Of a DNA stretch of 64,000 bases, positions 31,643 through 43,131 are shown piece by piece. How positions within the stretch are numbered: position 1 is the stretch's first letter; the number at the start of each line of letters is the position of its first letter. The notes under the pieces were generated by a model. The model did not search any database. It had not been told where the DNA came from and saw nothing but the letters and a program-made list of their open reading frames with translations. Location of the stretch: assembly GCA_020348925.1 (NCBI GenBank), contig CP070758.1, forward strand, positions 1-64,000. Reading direction: 5' to 3'. The position numbers and the translations under genes were made by a program. This DNA comes from Gemmatimonadota bacterium. Lineage in GTDB: Bacteria; JBHIER01; G020348925.

Positions 31643-33634
31643 CTCGCCAGGAGTAACGACAAAAACTGCATTATCTACACTAATACCAAAAAATACTCCT
31701 CCATCTATCACTAAAATGTGATCAATTAAGGAGTTCTCCAAGATAAGACGACGCAAGCCTAAAAGGTAATTATTTGTTAGATAATTGGCAGGAGTTATCA
31801 TGGAGCATCGTCCACCTGTACGAGTTAGTTTTACTCCCTTTTCCATAAAAAGATGGTATGTATCTATTTTGTAAGAAGCAGCAGAGAACTCTGAACGGTA
31901 GTATGATAGCTGTTTATCATCTCGGAACTCATCTTGGAGAAGCACATAAGGCGGGTTACCGATGATTGCATCAAACCCACCCGCCTTCATAATCTCAGCA
32001 AACTCGGTATTCCAATCGAAAACATTAATCCGATACTGTTCTTCTTCATCAAGCAAATCCATCTGACCGCTTTCATAAAAATCCGGGCCGATGAGGGAGT
32101 TGCCGCATTTGATGTTGCTGGCAAGGTCAGGCAGGGCACGCTCGCGGAAGAGCTTCTGCTGCATCTCAAGACTGTCCTGGTTTTCACCTTCAAGAACTTT
32201 CAGCAGTAAACTGAGTTTGGTCACTTCCACAGCCTGGCTGTCTATGTCCACACCATAGATATTATTCAATAATATCCGCTTCTTCTCCTGGGTGGTGAGA
32301 TACCACTGGCCTCCTGCACCCTGGTAGATCTGCTTAGTGTGCTTCTTCGGCCCACGCTTGACATACCAGTCACGATGATAGTCCAGGAGATACGTATACG
32401 CCCCAATAAGAAATGAACCGGAGCCGCAGGCGGGATCGAGGATGCGGAGGTTCGAAATCTGGCGCGGAGTTTTGCTCTCACAGAGCTTTCCCACTGTGTT
32501 CTTGACGATGTAATCGACGATATACGACGGTGTATAGTAAACACCTCCGGCCTTCTTGACCTCGGGCTTCTCCTCCACCTTGGCCTGATGGGCCGGGGTG
32601 AGGCGGATGACTTTGCCTAGGAACTGCTCGTAGACATTGCCGAGGATGTCGGCACCGAGGACGGAAAACTCGTACGGGCTTTCTGGGTAGTAGAGACGAC
32701 GAATCATCTCTTTGATGACTTTATCGTCAACTTTGAGATACGGCGTCAGCTCATCCGGCGGTTCCCTCCCTTTTTCAGACCGAAAGTGAAAGAGACCTGA
32801 ATTGTACTTATCATCAGCCAGGCCGAAGAGATACTGGAGACGGGAATAGGTCTTTTCCCCGTTCTGGAGGGCCTGCAGTTGACCGTAGGTCTCGATACCT
32901 CGATCCTCGCACATGCGAAGAAAAATGATACGGTCAATAACCCTCTGTACAGTGAAATTGAGTTCTCGCACTGATAGATCAGGATTGCGCAGGGCGATAT
33001 TTCGGGCCAACATATCCCGCCAGCCTTCGATCTCGGTGAGAAACTCTTTGTCGACCTCAGACGTCCCGCGCTTGCCTTTGGTAGAGATGGCATATTTGTC
33101 GAAGGATCCTTTACGGATGGCATCTCTTGAAAAAATATCTGCAATTTCATCCCAGCGATCAGGGTAATCCTGGTATGTCAAATACAGAATACGACCAATT
33201 CCGGGCTTATCTGAAAGTTTTGGCCGAGTATGGCATTCAAAAACGGCAAGCTCCTCAAAATCGGTGAGTATCGAAAGAGGAAGTTTGGCACTCCAGGCGT
33301 AGCGGCGTAACTGGTAGGCGGGATGAATATCCTTTTTTATATCTACTGATGGTCTTTTTGTCTCAACAAAAAATTTCCGGGTACCACCTATCCGAAAACA
33401 ATAATCAGGAGCTTTTGTTGCTCCTCCAACTTTAATGGCATCTTCATGGACAACATCCTTGTATGCTTCTGCACTTCCTTCCTTATTCTGAACGTCCCAG
33501 CCCAATGCCTCGAAGAAAGGATTGATGAACTCCTGCCGGAGCGTTGCTTCGTTGTAAGCCGGGCTGCGATAGGAGGCTATATTTCCCTCGAATCTTTCTA
33601 CGAGGTCAAGGACTATTTTTGGTGCTGTTGACAT
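31643..33634 (-). CDS. Type IIG (Eco57I-like) restriction-modification enzyme, 3'-truncated by gap
   Basis: PDY...FVETK nuclease motif; GVYYTP; LDPACGSGSF; GNPPY. Confidence 0.9.
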
Positions 33635-33669
33635 TGGTTTTTACACCTGAGTATCTACATTCACAGAAT

Positions 33670-33718
33670 GATGGGCTGTGAAGCCCATGGACAATGCGCC
33701 TCGGGTAAGATACCCGAG
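33670..33718. repeat. REP-like double-hairpin repeat
   Basis: ATGGGC-tgtgaa-GCCCAT plus CTCGGGTA-aga-TACCCGAG; near-identical copy at 35760-35810, partial copy at 34508-34533. Confidence 0.75.
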
Positions 33719-33758
33719 ACGATTATATGTATTACATCTGAGACTACCCTGTTGCCCT

Positions 33759-34340
33759 TCATCGTTTCCCCTTCTGCGCCTTTTTACGGCCATATGCGGC
33801 CCTTTTCTCCTTTACATGGAAACCGATCTCCTTCTTTTTCGATTCGCGTGGTGGGAGCAAGAGGGGCCGAATCTTTTGATATATGTCAGCCAGTGCCACA
33901 TCGTGACTCAGTAATGCTCTCTCAATCTCTGCCAGCCGTTTCTCCATGAGTTGAGTAGCGGAAAGCTGATCCCGCATCTTCACAAAAGCTCGTACAACAA
34001 AGACGCTCATTTGAACAGCCTTGAGGCTGTTGAGCACATTGGCAGCCATTATGGCGCCGTGTTCAGTATAGGCATAGGGGAGATAGCGCCTGCCACCTCG
34101 TCCAGTCTTTGAGGTTCCAATTTGGAACCTCAAAGCCCCAAGTTCTTCCCTCTTAAGCTGAAATACGAAATCGTCGGGGAACCTTTCTGCATTACGTTTC
34201 ATCGCCTTGTTCAGAATTTTCGTTTCAACGCCGTAGAGTTTGGCGAGGTCGGCATCCAGGATGATCTTTTGGCCTCGAACCTCGTAAATACATGATTCGA
34301 TGCGGATCGTCGCTGGAATGATTTCCTTTTTCTTCGGCAT
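33759..34340 (-). CDS. ORF6N domain DNA-binding protein
   Basis: RGQKIILDADLAKLYGVETK...RFPDDF...YAYTEHGAIMAANVLNS. Confidence 0.9.
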   Translation of the reverse strand: MPKKKEIIPATIRIESCIYEVRGQKIILDADLAKLYGVETKILNKAMKRNAERFPDDFVFQLKREELGALRFQIGTSKTGRGGRRYLPYAYTEHGAIMAANVLNSLKAVQMSVFVVRAFVKMRDQLSATQLMEKRLAEIERALLSHDVALADIYQKIRPLLLPPRESKKKEIGFHVKEKRAAYGRKKAQKGKR

Positions 34341-34574
34341 TGTCGTCGTCTTCCTCTCGTAATCTCAATTGTTGGAATCTATCATGAGATACGTGGCAAC
34401 CTCCATATTGATTTTCTGGGTGGATACGATTTTAATCTCGTCAGGGTATGGTCGGTAGAGTTTCATGGGGGACTCTCGTTTTTATGGACTATGAATCCCT
34501 TGGGTTTTGCGCTTCGGGTACGATACCCGAGGCGATCAATCAGCTCCAGAACTGTTTTGTGTTCCTTTGATGTT

Positions 34575-34709
34575 GCTTTCTCAATCAATTTCCAAGTCCG
34601 CAGTTGTCGCTCCAGGGTAATGCACTCAAAAATATTCACAGGATGAGGTGATGTCAAGAGAATATCGTAAAAATTTGATATTTCTTGCACTTGAGCAAAA
34701 AATTGTCAA
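34575..34709. repeat. ~135-bp direct repeat (second copy 36153-36286) containing a minus-strand promoter-like region
   Basis: CAATTTCCAxGTCCGxAGTTxTCGCTCCAGGGTA...TGTCAAGAGAATATCGTAA...AAAAAATTGTCAA is shared by both copies. Confidence 0.85.
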
Positions 34710-34722
34710 TTGACTTTGGGGA

Positions 34723-34754
34723 GTCGAAAGGTCGAAAAGTCGAAGAGTCGAAAA
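34723..34754 (+). repeat. 8-mer tandem repeat (GTCGAARR x4)
   Basis: gtcgaaag gtcgaaaa gtcgaaga gtcgaaaa. Confidence 0.8.
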
Positions 34755-34863
34755 GACTCAATGGAGCAGAGGTGCGGAGGAGAAGGGGTGAAGAGGAGAG
34801 TTCAAAGGAGATAGGGAATAGGTAATCCGTGTCTGGTGAATGGTTGGCTTTTTTGTGGCTATC

Positions 34864-35421
34864 CTATTTTTCCTTCGTTCGAAATCCAATTTGGCGGTGG
34901 GACGGTTCAGGTGGTTGCATGAGTTGTCGGATAGTTTCAAAGACAATTTTGAATTGAGCATCATACTTTTTCTCGAGTTCATTCAGTCTCTGCACCAGAT
35001 CAGCATGCGAGGTAAGAATATATCTCAAGCGGACAAAAGCACGTACCACGTAAACACTCATCAGAACGGCCCGCTTGCTTCTCAGAACATTCGCTGCCAT
35101 AAGGGCACCGTGTTCGGTGAAAGCACGTGGTAACTTGCGTTTACCACCATGTGATGAACTGATCACAATCGGTGACCAGTTTTCGTCGCATCTTGAAGTC
35201 ACATTTTGTGACTTCAAGTTTGTAACTTCTTGCCGTGTAATACGAAACGCAAAGTCTTCAGGAAACTTGTCCATGTTTCTTTTAACGGCTTGATTCAATA
35301 CTTTTGTCTCGACACCGTAAAGACGAGCGAGATCAGCATCCAGAATAACTTTTTGCCCTCTAATTTGGAGAATCACCTGCTCAACGTTCTCAACAGGAAT
35401 AAGAACTGAATCGTGAACCAT
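34864..35421 (-). CDS. ORF6N domain DNA-binding protein (paralogue)
   Basis: RGQKVILDADLARLYGVETKVLNQAVKRN...AFTEHGALMAANVLRS; RBS gaggagg. Confidence 0.9.
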   Translation of the reverse strand: MVHDSVLIPVENVEQVILQIRGQKVILDADLARLYGVETKVLNQAVKRNMDKFPEDFAFRITRQEVTNLKSQNVTSRCDENWSPIVISSSHGGKRKLPRAFTEHGALMAANVLRSKRAVLMSVYVVRAFVRLRYILTSHADLVQRLNELEKKYDAQFKIVFETIRQLMQPPEPSHRQIGFRTKEK

Positions 35422-36386
35422 TTTTTAGCCTCCTCTTTCTCGCCCTTCTGAAGTCCTTCTTTTACATGAGGAACGTTAAGTTGAAAAATACATCGGTATC
35501 TCTTAAACGAAACGATACATCCAAATTAATGCAGAAGGTTATACGAAACAAGAGATTTTTCCTATAGAAAAACCTAAACTGAGCAGAGGTGCAGAGGTGC
35601 AGGGATGGAAAGGTGAATGTGTAAATGCATATAAGCGTATATGAGAAAGCAGAGGAGAAGGGGATGGATGGTTGAATGTCATGGTAGGGTCATATCGAAA
35701 GGTCGCCTGGGACTCCCATCTTGGGACACAATTCTATAGAGTATCTGCCCACTAAGAGCGATGGGCTGTGAAGCCCATGGATCATGCGCCTCGGGTAAGA
35801 TACCCGAGGCAATCACAGAATATACTATCTTCATATAGTGACTCACCAATGCCCTGAAGCCTGAACCGTAAGACCGACAGGTGAACGGAGCGACCGTTTT
35901 TTCCGCTGTCTGAATCCCCCGCCTTGGCGGGGGATGAGTTTGGAAAAAACAGCGCAGTGAGCCGTTGACGATCTCGGCGAAGGTTTCGGGCTGGACTTTC
36001 TTTTTGCTTCTTTTTCTTTGACCAACAAAGAAAAAGAAGAGGTATTATGATCTCACTTCCCTCATATGATGAAAATAATATACCTGGCTCAGGTATCTCC
36101 ACTGCCTGGCTTTCCCTGAGGTCAATGACTATTTTAGGCGCTTTTGACATTGGCTTTCTCACTCAATTTCCACGTCCGTAGTTTTCGCTCCAGGGTAGTG
36201 CGCTCAAAAATATTCTCAGAATGAGGCGTGTCAAGAGAATATCGTAATAATTTGATATTTCGTGGACTTGTGCAAAAAATTGTCAAAACGCCAGAGAGTA
36301 GATCGCAGGTATGAGATAATAGGTGGGTGAACAAGATTAAAGATCGAAGATTAATTTGATTGCCCTCATATTCTGGTGAGAATCCA

Positions 36387-38309
36387 CTATTTATTTGCCA
36401 CCAATATTCGACCCCATTGTCCTTTGACAGGTAAACTCAGAGTGCCATTGTGTGTCTTGAAATGATCATTCTCATTCAGCACATCACTCAATTCGGCTTT
36501 GAAATTCAGCGGGACCGTGACATTGTGTGCAGCAGTACTGTTGTTCAACATGACTATGACCCTCTCACCCCCGGTTTCCCGGGAGAAGGTGTAGATGCCC
36601 TTGGTATCGTCGATGAATAGGGTTGTATAATCTCCGGACTGGAGTGCCTCGTGCCTCGCTCTGATATGGATAAGTTTTCTGTAATGGTCGTAAAGCTCCT
36701 GGTTGAATGCAACCGTATCGGAATTCGTCCTCTTGGAGCCGTCGGGCAGGTAGGCCTCGTCGTCGTAGATCAGATCCTTCCAGATCATGGGCTTGCGGCA
36801 ACAGGGATCGTTTGCCCCCCACATACCGGCTTCATCCCCGTAGTAAATCATCGGTGCCCCAAGGTACGTCATCTGAAATATGGCGAAAAGTTTCTGGATC
36901 CTGAGTTCCTCTGGAGTGGGTTTGCGTACGTCATACTTGGGATTCTCCGCCTTCGATTTCCCGAAATAGTCCCCCCAGTTCCGAAAACTGCCGAGGTTAC
37001 GATTCACAATATGAGACCCGAGACGATTGGTGTCGTGGCTGCCGAAAAGATTTTGCATTCTATACGCGACACCGAGGGGAAATGCCTGCCGGAGTTCCCG
37101 AAGCCTCCGGTCAAACTCCCCGGTCGAGATTCGGTCCTTTTTTTCAATAAAGTATTCGGCGCAGATGAAGGCGAAATTGTAATTCATAACCGCATCGAAT
37201 TCGTCTCCCTGTAAATAGGGTTTCAAGGCGGTAATTGGTTCGACGACTTCGGCTGTAAGGTATGCATCTGCATTGAGAGACTTTGCGAACTTTCGCCAGT
37301 CCACCCAGAAGGGATGGGCGATACAGAAGGCCACATCCAAGCGCCAGCCGTCTATCCCGTCGTCAGGATTGCCATCCCCATTGGGATCCATCCAGCGTTG
37401 TGTGGCAGCAAGGATGTATTGTTTGGGGCCGGCGACAATACCCTGGGCGTTCTCCCGCATCTCAGGCAGCTCCCGGACGCCGAACCACCCTTCGTACTCG
37501 AACTTCGATCCTACCGTCGGATCATCCCACGAGGTGATGGAGAACCAGTCCTTGTATTTCGATTTTTTCTGATTTTTCACTACGTCCTGAAAAGCCCAGC
37601 TGTTCAGTCCCATATGGTTAAAAACACCGTCAAAGATAACTTTCATGCCTCGGCGATGAAGTTCTTGAATAAGTTGCAACATGAGCGTGTCCGCGGATGT
37701 CCAGACCCAGGTGGATGGATCGTCCGGTGTTTCCGCTGCCGTCAGTCTTCGGTCGCCCACCGGGTCCGGGCCGAAATTGGGGTCAATGTGATGATAGGTG
37801 GCCGCATCGTACTTGTGATGGGAGGGCGCTTCGAAGACCGGATTGAGATAGATGGCGCCCACGCCCAGATCCTTGAGATAGTCGAGCTTTTCAAGGATAC
37901 CTTCGATATCTCCACCGTACCTGCGGCGCTGGATGTTGAACCAGATATCCCTCCCGTTTTCCCGCTCATAGGGCTGCAGTTCATACCAGTCGGAAATCCA
38001 GGGATGGATCTGCCACGGGGAAGTGATATCGTGAGGATACGCCCCTTTGATATCGGCCAGCATAGGATCGTTTTTCGGATTCCCGTTGCGAAAACGCTCT
38101 GGGAAAATCTGGTACCAGACGACCCGCTTGGCCCATTCCGGACCCCAATCGTCCGTAGATGAGAGTGTTATACTGTTTTGTGTCTCTTTGGTGATCATTT
38201 CAGGCCCCTTCCTCTCACGTATTGGTGATGTGTTCGAGGTCAACACCGTGATGACACAGCCTACCAGGCTGACATTCAAAACGACATGTTTACGCATAGT
38301 TTGCCTCAT
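36387..38309 (-). CDS. GH13 alpha-amylase/neopullulanase-type glycosidase
   Basis: YQIFPERF, DGVFNH, GWRLDVA, TAEV, SHD, IYYGDE; start uncertain. Confidence 0.92.
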   Translation of the reverse strand: MRQTMRKHVVLNVSLVGCVITVLTSNTSPIRERKGPEMITKETQNSITLSSTDDWGPEWAKRVVWYQIFPERFRNGNPKNDPMLADIKGAYPHDITSPWQIHPWISDWYELQPYERENGRDIWFNIQRRRYGGDIEGILEKLDYLKDLGVGAIYLNPVFEAPSHHKYDAATYHHIDPNFGPDPVGDRRLTAAETPDDPSTWVWTSADTLMLQLIQELHRRGMKVIFDGVFNHMGLNSWAFQDVVKNQKKSKYKDWFSITSWDDPTVGSKFEYEGWFGVRELPEMRENAQGIVAGPKQYILAATQRWMDPNGDGNPDDGIDGWRLDVAFCIAHPFWVDWRKFAKSLNADAYLTAEVVEPITALKPYLQGDEFDAVMNYNFAFICAEYFIEKKDRISTGEFDRRLRELRQAFPLGVAYRMQNLFGSHDTNRLGSHIVNRNLGSFRNWGDYFGKSKAENPKYDVRKPTPEELRIQKLFAIFQMTYLGAPMIYYGDEAGMWGANDPCCRKPMIWKDLIYDDEAYLPDGSKRTNSDTVAFNQELYDHYRKLIHIRARHEALQSGDYTTLFIDDTKGIYTFSRETGGERVIVMLNNSTAAHNVTVPLNFKAELSDVLNENDHFKTHNGTLSLPVKGQWGRILVANK

Positions 38310-38790
38310 TTCCCTTGAATATTTTCGAAAAGAATTTCGGACAGCACGTAACAGCGTTCCGAGACGGCACTTCTATGCCTCATCCACCGTTGTGCTTTTT
38401 CGTGCTGAATTAAGTTAGAAGTTTCTCGAGTTATGTCAAGAGGTATTTCCCCATTCAAATGCTTTCTGAGGTAACTTTTTATGCTCTTCATACATATACA
38501 CATTTTTGACATGCACGCATCAGTGCTTTTTCAAGAGCCGTATACGAATCGTAATGTCTTGCAGAAAAAGGAGTACGGTAAATTCTGCCGATTGAGGAAA
38601 AAGGACTGGACAACGCTTTCCAGGATGTATATATTGAAAAGCCCTAAAATTACGTGCTATCGGAGGTGTTGAGAACCTGTGGACTGCACCGGTCGATTTT
38701 GTGGTATGTTACGACTCCGAAAACCGCCATGACAGGTCATCTCTCGAGGTTCGTTATTCATTTTCGGTCGATTGAAAGGGTCATTTTTGC

Positions 38791-40197
38791 ATGTCAAAAT
38801 GTGTTGAAAAGATTCTCGTCCTGTGTACCGACATAATCGCCATCACCATCCCCTTTATCCTTGTCACCGTGGGCCTTCAGCTTGGAGAGCAGTTCGCCCC
38901 GAGGTGGTTTTCCGGATTTCCCATCCAGTTGGATGTAATCCTGGCTGTACTCCTGACGGTCTACTGGATACTGTTCTTTGCCATTTTCGGGCTGTACAAA
39001 TCATGGTATAACCGTTCGCGGGTGGATGAATTTTTTCAGGTGCTCAAGACCTCGTTTTTCGGTATGATTGTCCTTTCCATCGTCACCTTCAATATCAGGG
39101 GTCCGCTGCTGCTCACTGTGTTTCTTTTGGGCGTGTACTGGATTTTTCTGTACCTCTTTGTGTGTGCGGGCCGCCTCGGCATCGGCAGTTTTCAGCGTCA
39201 TCTCCTGATCTTGGGAATTGGGAGGAGACAAACCCTCATAGTCGGAGGCGGAGCCCTGGGTGAGGATCTACTGAGAAAGATCCGGGTGCAGCCCGCCCTG
39301 GGGTATGAAGTGATCGGCTTTGTCGACAAAGATCCTCACGGCGAAAAGGAGAGGCTGAACGGTTTGCCGTTCCTGGGCACCTATGAGAGCATTTCCCGTT
39401 TGGTGCAGTCATCGAAAGTGAGCGATATCATCATCGCCGTCGAATCAGGGTCCCATGAGGAAATTTTAGACATTATAGACAACTGCAACGGTCTGCCTGT
39501 GAATCTCAAGATTGTACCGGATCTTTATGATATTGCATCCGGCCACATCAAGACGCAAGAAATCACCGGTTTTCCTTTGATAGATTTGCTGCCGGAACCT
39601 TTACTGCCTCTGCAGCAGCATGTCAAAAGGACCATGGACATTGCCCTCTCACTGGCCGTGCTTCTTTTCTTCTGGCCGATGTGGGTGCTCATTGCCATGC
39701 TCATTCGCCTGGATACCAAAGGATCCATTTTCTTCACCCAGGAACGGGTGGGGAAAGATGGAAGAATTTTCACCATGATCAAATTCCGATCCATGGTACG
39801 AGATGCCGAGGAGCGTACCGGTCCTGTCTGGGCCGAGGAGAACGATCTCCGGGTAACACGCGTCGGCCGGATCATCCGAAAATACAGATTGGATGAAATC
39901 CCCCAGTTTCTAAATATTCTCAGAGGGGAGATGAGTCTCGTCGGCCCGAGACCGGAAAGGCCTTACTTCGTCCAACAACTCAGGAAAACGATCCCCCTCT
40001 ATACGAAGCGATTGAAAGTTCGGCCAGGAGTAACCGGCTGGGCCCAGACGAGGCATAAGTACGACTCGTCTCTCAACGATGTTCGTGAAAAACTGAAATA
40101 CGATCTCTATTACCTGAGGAACATTTCCCTTATGCTCGATTTGAAGATCCTACTCGAAACCGTAGCCGTTATGATCAGGGGGAAAGGGGCCCATTGA
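38791..40197 (+). CDS. Undecaprenyl-phosphate glycosyl-1-phosphate transferase (WcaJ-like)
   Basis: N-terminal TMs, CoA-binding-like domain, KFRSM, LDEIPQF, SLVGPRPE, PGVTGWAQ. Confidence 0.92.
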   Translation: MSKCVEKILVLCTDIIAITIPFILVTVGLQLGEQFAPRWFSGFPIQLDVILAVLLTVYWILFFAIFGLYKSWYNRSRVDEFFQVLKTSFFGMIVLSIVTFNIRGPLLLTVFLLGVYWIFLYLFVCAGRLGIGSFQRHLLILGIGRRQTLIVGGGALGEDLLRKIRVQPALGYEVIGFVDKDPHGEKERLNGLPFLGTYESISRLVQSSKVSDIIIAVESGSHEEILDIIDNCNGLPVNLKIVPDLYDIASGHIKTQEITGFPLIDLLPEPLLPLQQHVKRTMDIALSLAVLLFFWPMWVLIAMLIRLDTKGSIFFTQERVGKDGRIFTMIKFRSMVRDAEERTGPVWAEENDLRVTRVGRIIRKYRLDEIPQFLNILRGEMSLVGPRPERPYFVQQLRKTIPLYTKRLKVRPGVTGWAQTRHKYDSSLNDVREKLKYDLYYLRNISLMLDLKILLETVAVMIRGKGAH

Positions 40198-40319
40198 ACA
40201 ACATCTGCCAGCCCATATCTCCCCTCTCCTCGGGAAGGGGGATTCGTCTTGTCTTGACCACGTCCGTGATCCAGAGTATGTATCATCTCACTTGAAGCCG
40301 AGGCGAGAAAGGGATCAAC

Positions 40320-41591
40320 ATGTTGGATCAAAAGTTCATTCGCGAAAACAGTGACAGCGTCAAGAGGGCGATCGCTGACAAGGGTGAAACTGCAAATGTC
40401 GACGCCTTCTTAGAACTGGACAAAGAACGCAGAGGGCTCTTGATCGAGGCCGACGAGTTGCGACACGCGCGCAATGTCACTTCCGAAGAGATCGGCCGCC
40501 TGAAGAGTCAGAAGGAGGACGCCTCCGAAAAGATTAAAGTCATGCAGGAGGTGGCTCAGCAGATTAAAGATCTCGAGCAGAAGATAAGAGAGGTCGAAAC
40601 GAACATAGAGACAATTCTCTTGACCGTGCCCAACATGCCCCATTCATCGGTTCCCGTCGGAACGAGTGAGGCGAACAATGTTGAGATACGTCGCTGGGGC
40701 GAGAAAAGGGACTTAGGGTTTGAACCGCTGCCTCATTGGGAGATCGGTGAGCGTCTGGAGATCCTTGATTTCGGCAGCGCTTCACGGATGTCCGGCTCCG
40801 GGTTCGTCATATTACAGGGTCTCGGAGCGAAGCTGGAACGGGCTCTGATCAATTTTATGCTCGATCTTCATGTTCGGAAACACGGGTACACAGAATTGTC
40901 ACCACCGTTTCTCGTGAACCGCAGATCAATGGTAAATACCGGTCAGCTTCCCAAGTTGGAAGAGGATATGTATGAGTGCGAACAGGACGGTTTCTTTCTC
41001 ATTCCGACAGGAGAGGTCCCGGTGACCAATGTGCATCAGGATGACATTTTGAAGGAAAAAGAGCTTCCGAAATATTATGCGACGTATACCCCCTGCTTCC
41101 GTCGCGAAGCCGGCTCATATGGTAAAGAGACCCGGGGACTTATTCGGGTTCATCAATTCGATAAGGTCGAAATGGTGAAATTCGTCCGCCCCGAAACATC
41201 GTACGACGAGCTGGAAAGTCTCCTGAAGGATGCCGAAGAGGTGCTCCAGCTCCTGGACCTCCATTACCGTGTTGTCTCCCTGTGTACGGCTGATTTGAGT
41301 TTTGCCGCCGCAAAATGTTACGACATCGAGGTCTGGGCTCCGGGTGTCGGGAAATATCTGGAAGTCTCATCATGCTCAAATTTCGAAGCGTTTCAAGCCA
41401 GAAGGGCATCCATACGGTTCCGCCGAGAGGATACAGGTAAAGTGGAATTCGTTCACACGCTCAACGGATCGGGGCTCGCCTTACCGCGCACTGTGATCGC
41501 CCTGCTTGAAAATTATCAGACTGAAAAGGGAACCGTAGTCGTCCCTGAGGTGTTAAGGAAATATATGGACGATGCGGAAATACTCTGTTAA
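40320..41591 (+). CDS. serS: Seryl-tRNA synthetase
   Basis: [40 protein letters not shown]. Confidence 0.98.
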   Translation: MLDQKFIRENSDSVKRAIADKGETANVDAFLELDKERRGLLIEADELRHARNVTSEEIGRLKSQKEDASEKIKVMQEVAQQIKDLEQKIREVETNIETILLTVPNMPHSSVPVGTSEANNVEIRRWGEKRDLGFEPLPHWEIGERLEILDFGSASRMSGSGFVILQGLGAKLERALINFMLDLHVRKHGYTELSPPFLVNRRSMVNTGQLPKLEEDMYECEQDGFFLIPTGEVPVTNVHQDDILKEKELPKYYATYTPCFRREAGSYGKETRGLIRVHQFDKVEMVKFVRPETSYDELESLLKDAEEVLQLLDLHYRVVSLCTADLSFAAAKCYDIEVWAPGVGKYLEVSSCSNFEAFQARRASIRFRREDTGKVEFVHTLNGSGLALPRTVIALLENYQTEKGTVVVPEVLRKYMDDAEILC

Positions 41592-41641
41592 TATCTGGAT
41601 CTTGTGGGACGTGAACGTGTTTTAACCGAGACATCTCAAAG

Positions 41642-42880
41642 ATGGAGTTCCTCGCACACAGAAGCAGGTTTCGTTTTTCAGGTCGCATCCACGAGCTGTC
41701 AGCCTTTTTCAAAGGTTTTCTCTTTATTGCGGCTATTCTCCTTATCTTAGCTTTCCTCATTTACAATCAGTACGTGGTTCACAGATTGAGGAATGACGAG
41801 CGGAGACTCCTCCACGTTTACGCCAATCTGTATGCTGCGGCGACGTCGGAACTTTCCGACGGAGCTGAGTTGAACCTTATTTTCGACGAGGTCATTCGCC
41901 CCACCGATTTTCCCATAATTGCCACGACGGCTGACGGTACACCTTACGCCTGGAAGGGAATTGGGATTGATACGGACGACTCAAAGGAAAAAGCGCTGTC
42001 CAAGGCCCGGCGGATGTTAGCTAAAATGGATTCAAAAACTGAACCCATCCCTCTCTCAGTGCAGGAAACAGGCCAGGTCGTGGGCTATCTTCACTATGGT
42101 GATTCCGGTTTAGTGCGGCAACTGAGTTGGATGCCGTACATTCAAATCGTAGTTGTCGGTCTGTTCATATTCATCGGCTTCCTTGGGTACAGGAACATCA
42201 AAAAAAGCGAGCAACGGTTCATCTGGGTGGGTATGGCCAAGGAGACGGCGCATCAATTGGGTACGCCACTTTCATCCCTTATGGGTTGGCTCGAACTCAT
42301 GAGAGTGGAGGGGAGAAAGGAAGGGCGAGACAAGATACTTCAGGAGATCGAAAACGATCTCAAGCGTCTGAGCAAAATTGTGTCCCGTTTCAGTCAAATA
42401 GGTTCGGAACCTAAATTGGAGAAACAGCCCATTATCCCCATTCTCACTGAGACAGCGGGCTATTTCCGGCAGCGACTGCCACAATTGAGCAAGCGCATCG
42501 AGATCGAGGAGCACTACAAGGAGATCCCTCCCCTTTCGGTGAACAGAGAACTGTTGGGGTGGGTGTTTGAAAATCTGTTTAAAAATTCCATCGATTCCAT
42601 CGGGAAAGATGGTGGGCGCATTGAAATCACAACCGATCTCAACCACGATAAAGAGGATGTCATTATTACATTTACAGATACCGGCCGGGGTATTGATTCA
42701 AAGGTCCAGCGCAGAATCTTCGCCGCGGGTTACAGCACAAAGAAGCGCGGCTGGGGCCTGGGACTGACGTTGGCCAAACGGATCATTGAAGAGTATCACG
42801 GTGGTCGCATCCTTCTGAAGGAGAGCACACCGGAGCAAGGGACGATTTTTCATCTGACGTTACCCATAGGAAGCGAATGA
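41642..42880 (+). CDS. Membrane sensor histidine kinase
   Basis: Two TMs; MAKETAHQLGTP H-box; DTGRG and GWGLGL boxes. Confidence 0.92.
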   Translation: MEFLAHRSRFRFSGRIHELSAFFKGFLFIAAILLILAFLIYNQYVVHRLRNDERRLLHVYANLYAAATSELSDGAELNLIFDEVIRPTDFPIIATTADGTPYAWKGIGIDTDDSKEKALSKARRMLAKMDSKTEPIPLSVQETGQVVGYLHYGDSGLVRQLSWMPYIQIVVVGLFIFIGFLGYRNIKKSEQRFIWVGMAKETAHQLGTPLSSLMGWLELMRVEGRKEGRDKILQEIENDLKRLSKIVSRFSQIGSEPKLEKQPIIPILTETAGYFRQRLPQLSKRIEIEEHYKEIPPLSVNRELLGWVFENLFKNSIDSIGKDGGRIEITTDLNHDKEDVIITFTDTGRGIDSKVQRRIFAAGYSTKKRGWGLGLTLAKRIIEEYHGGRILLKESTPEQGTIFHLTLPIGSE

Positions 42881-43131
42881 GAGATCTCGTCGCACGAGGA
42901 GAGAGGGAGGGGGCTTTTGAAATTTCATTGTCTCATATCTCTGGAGCCTCCTCATTCCTTGCTGCCTCGAACCGGTTTTTCCGCCTTCGTACCGCTTTCG
43001 ATTTACCTTGACAGCACATCAATTATCAGGTATTTTTACAGCCGTTAGGGGTCCGGACAGAAGGGGAGGATGTACATATTTTTCCAGTCAAAAGAATCGC
43101 CCGGGTTTCTACCGGGCGTGTGACTTTAAAA

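Noticed and set aside
31484-33634. ORF-track proteins spanning N gaps (also 8237..9988, 52547..52954)
   Set aside because: Artefactual fusions across 100-N contig spacers.
33670-36290. CRISPR array
   Set aside because: The repeats are few, irregularly spaced and separated by whole genes; no cas genes in the window.
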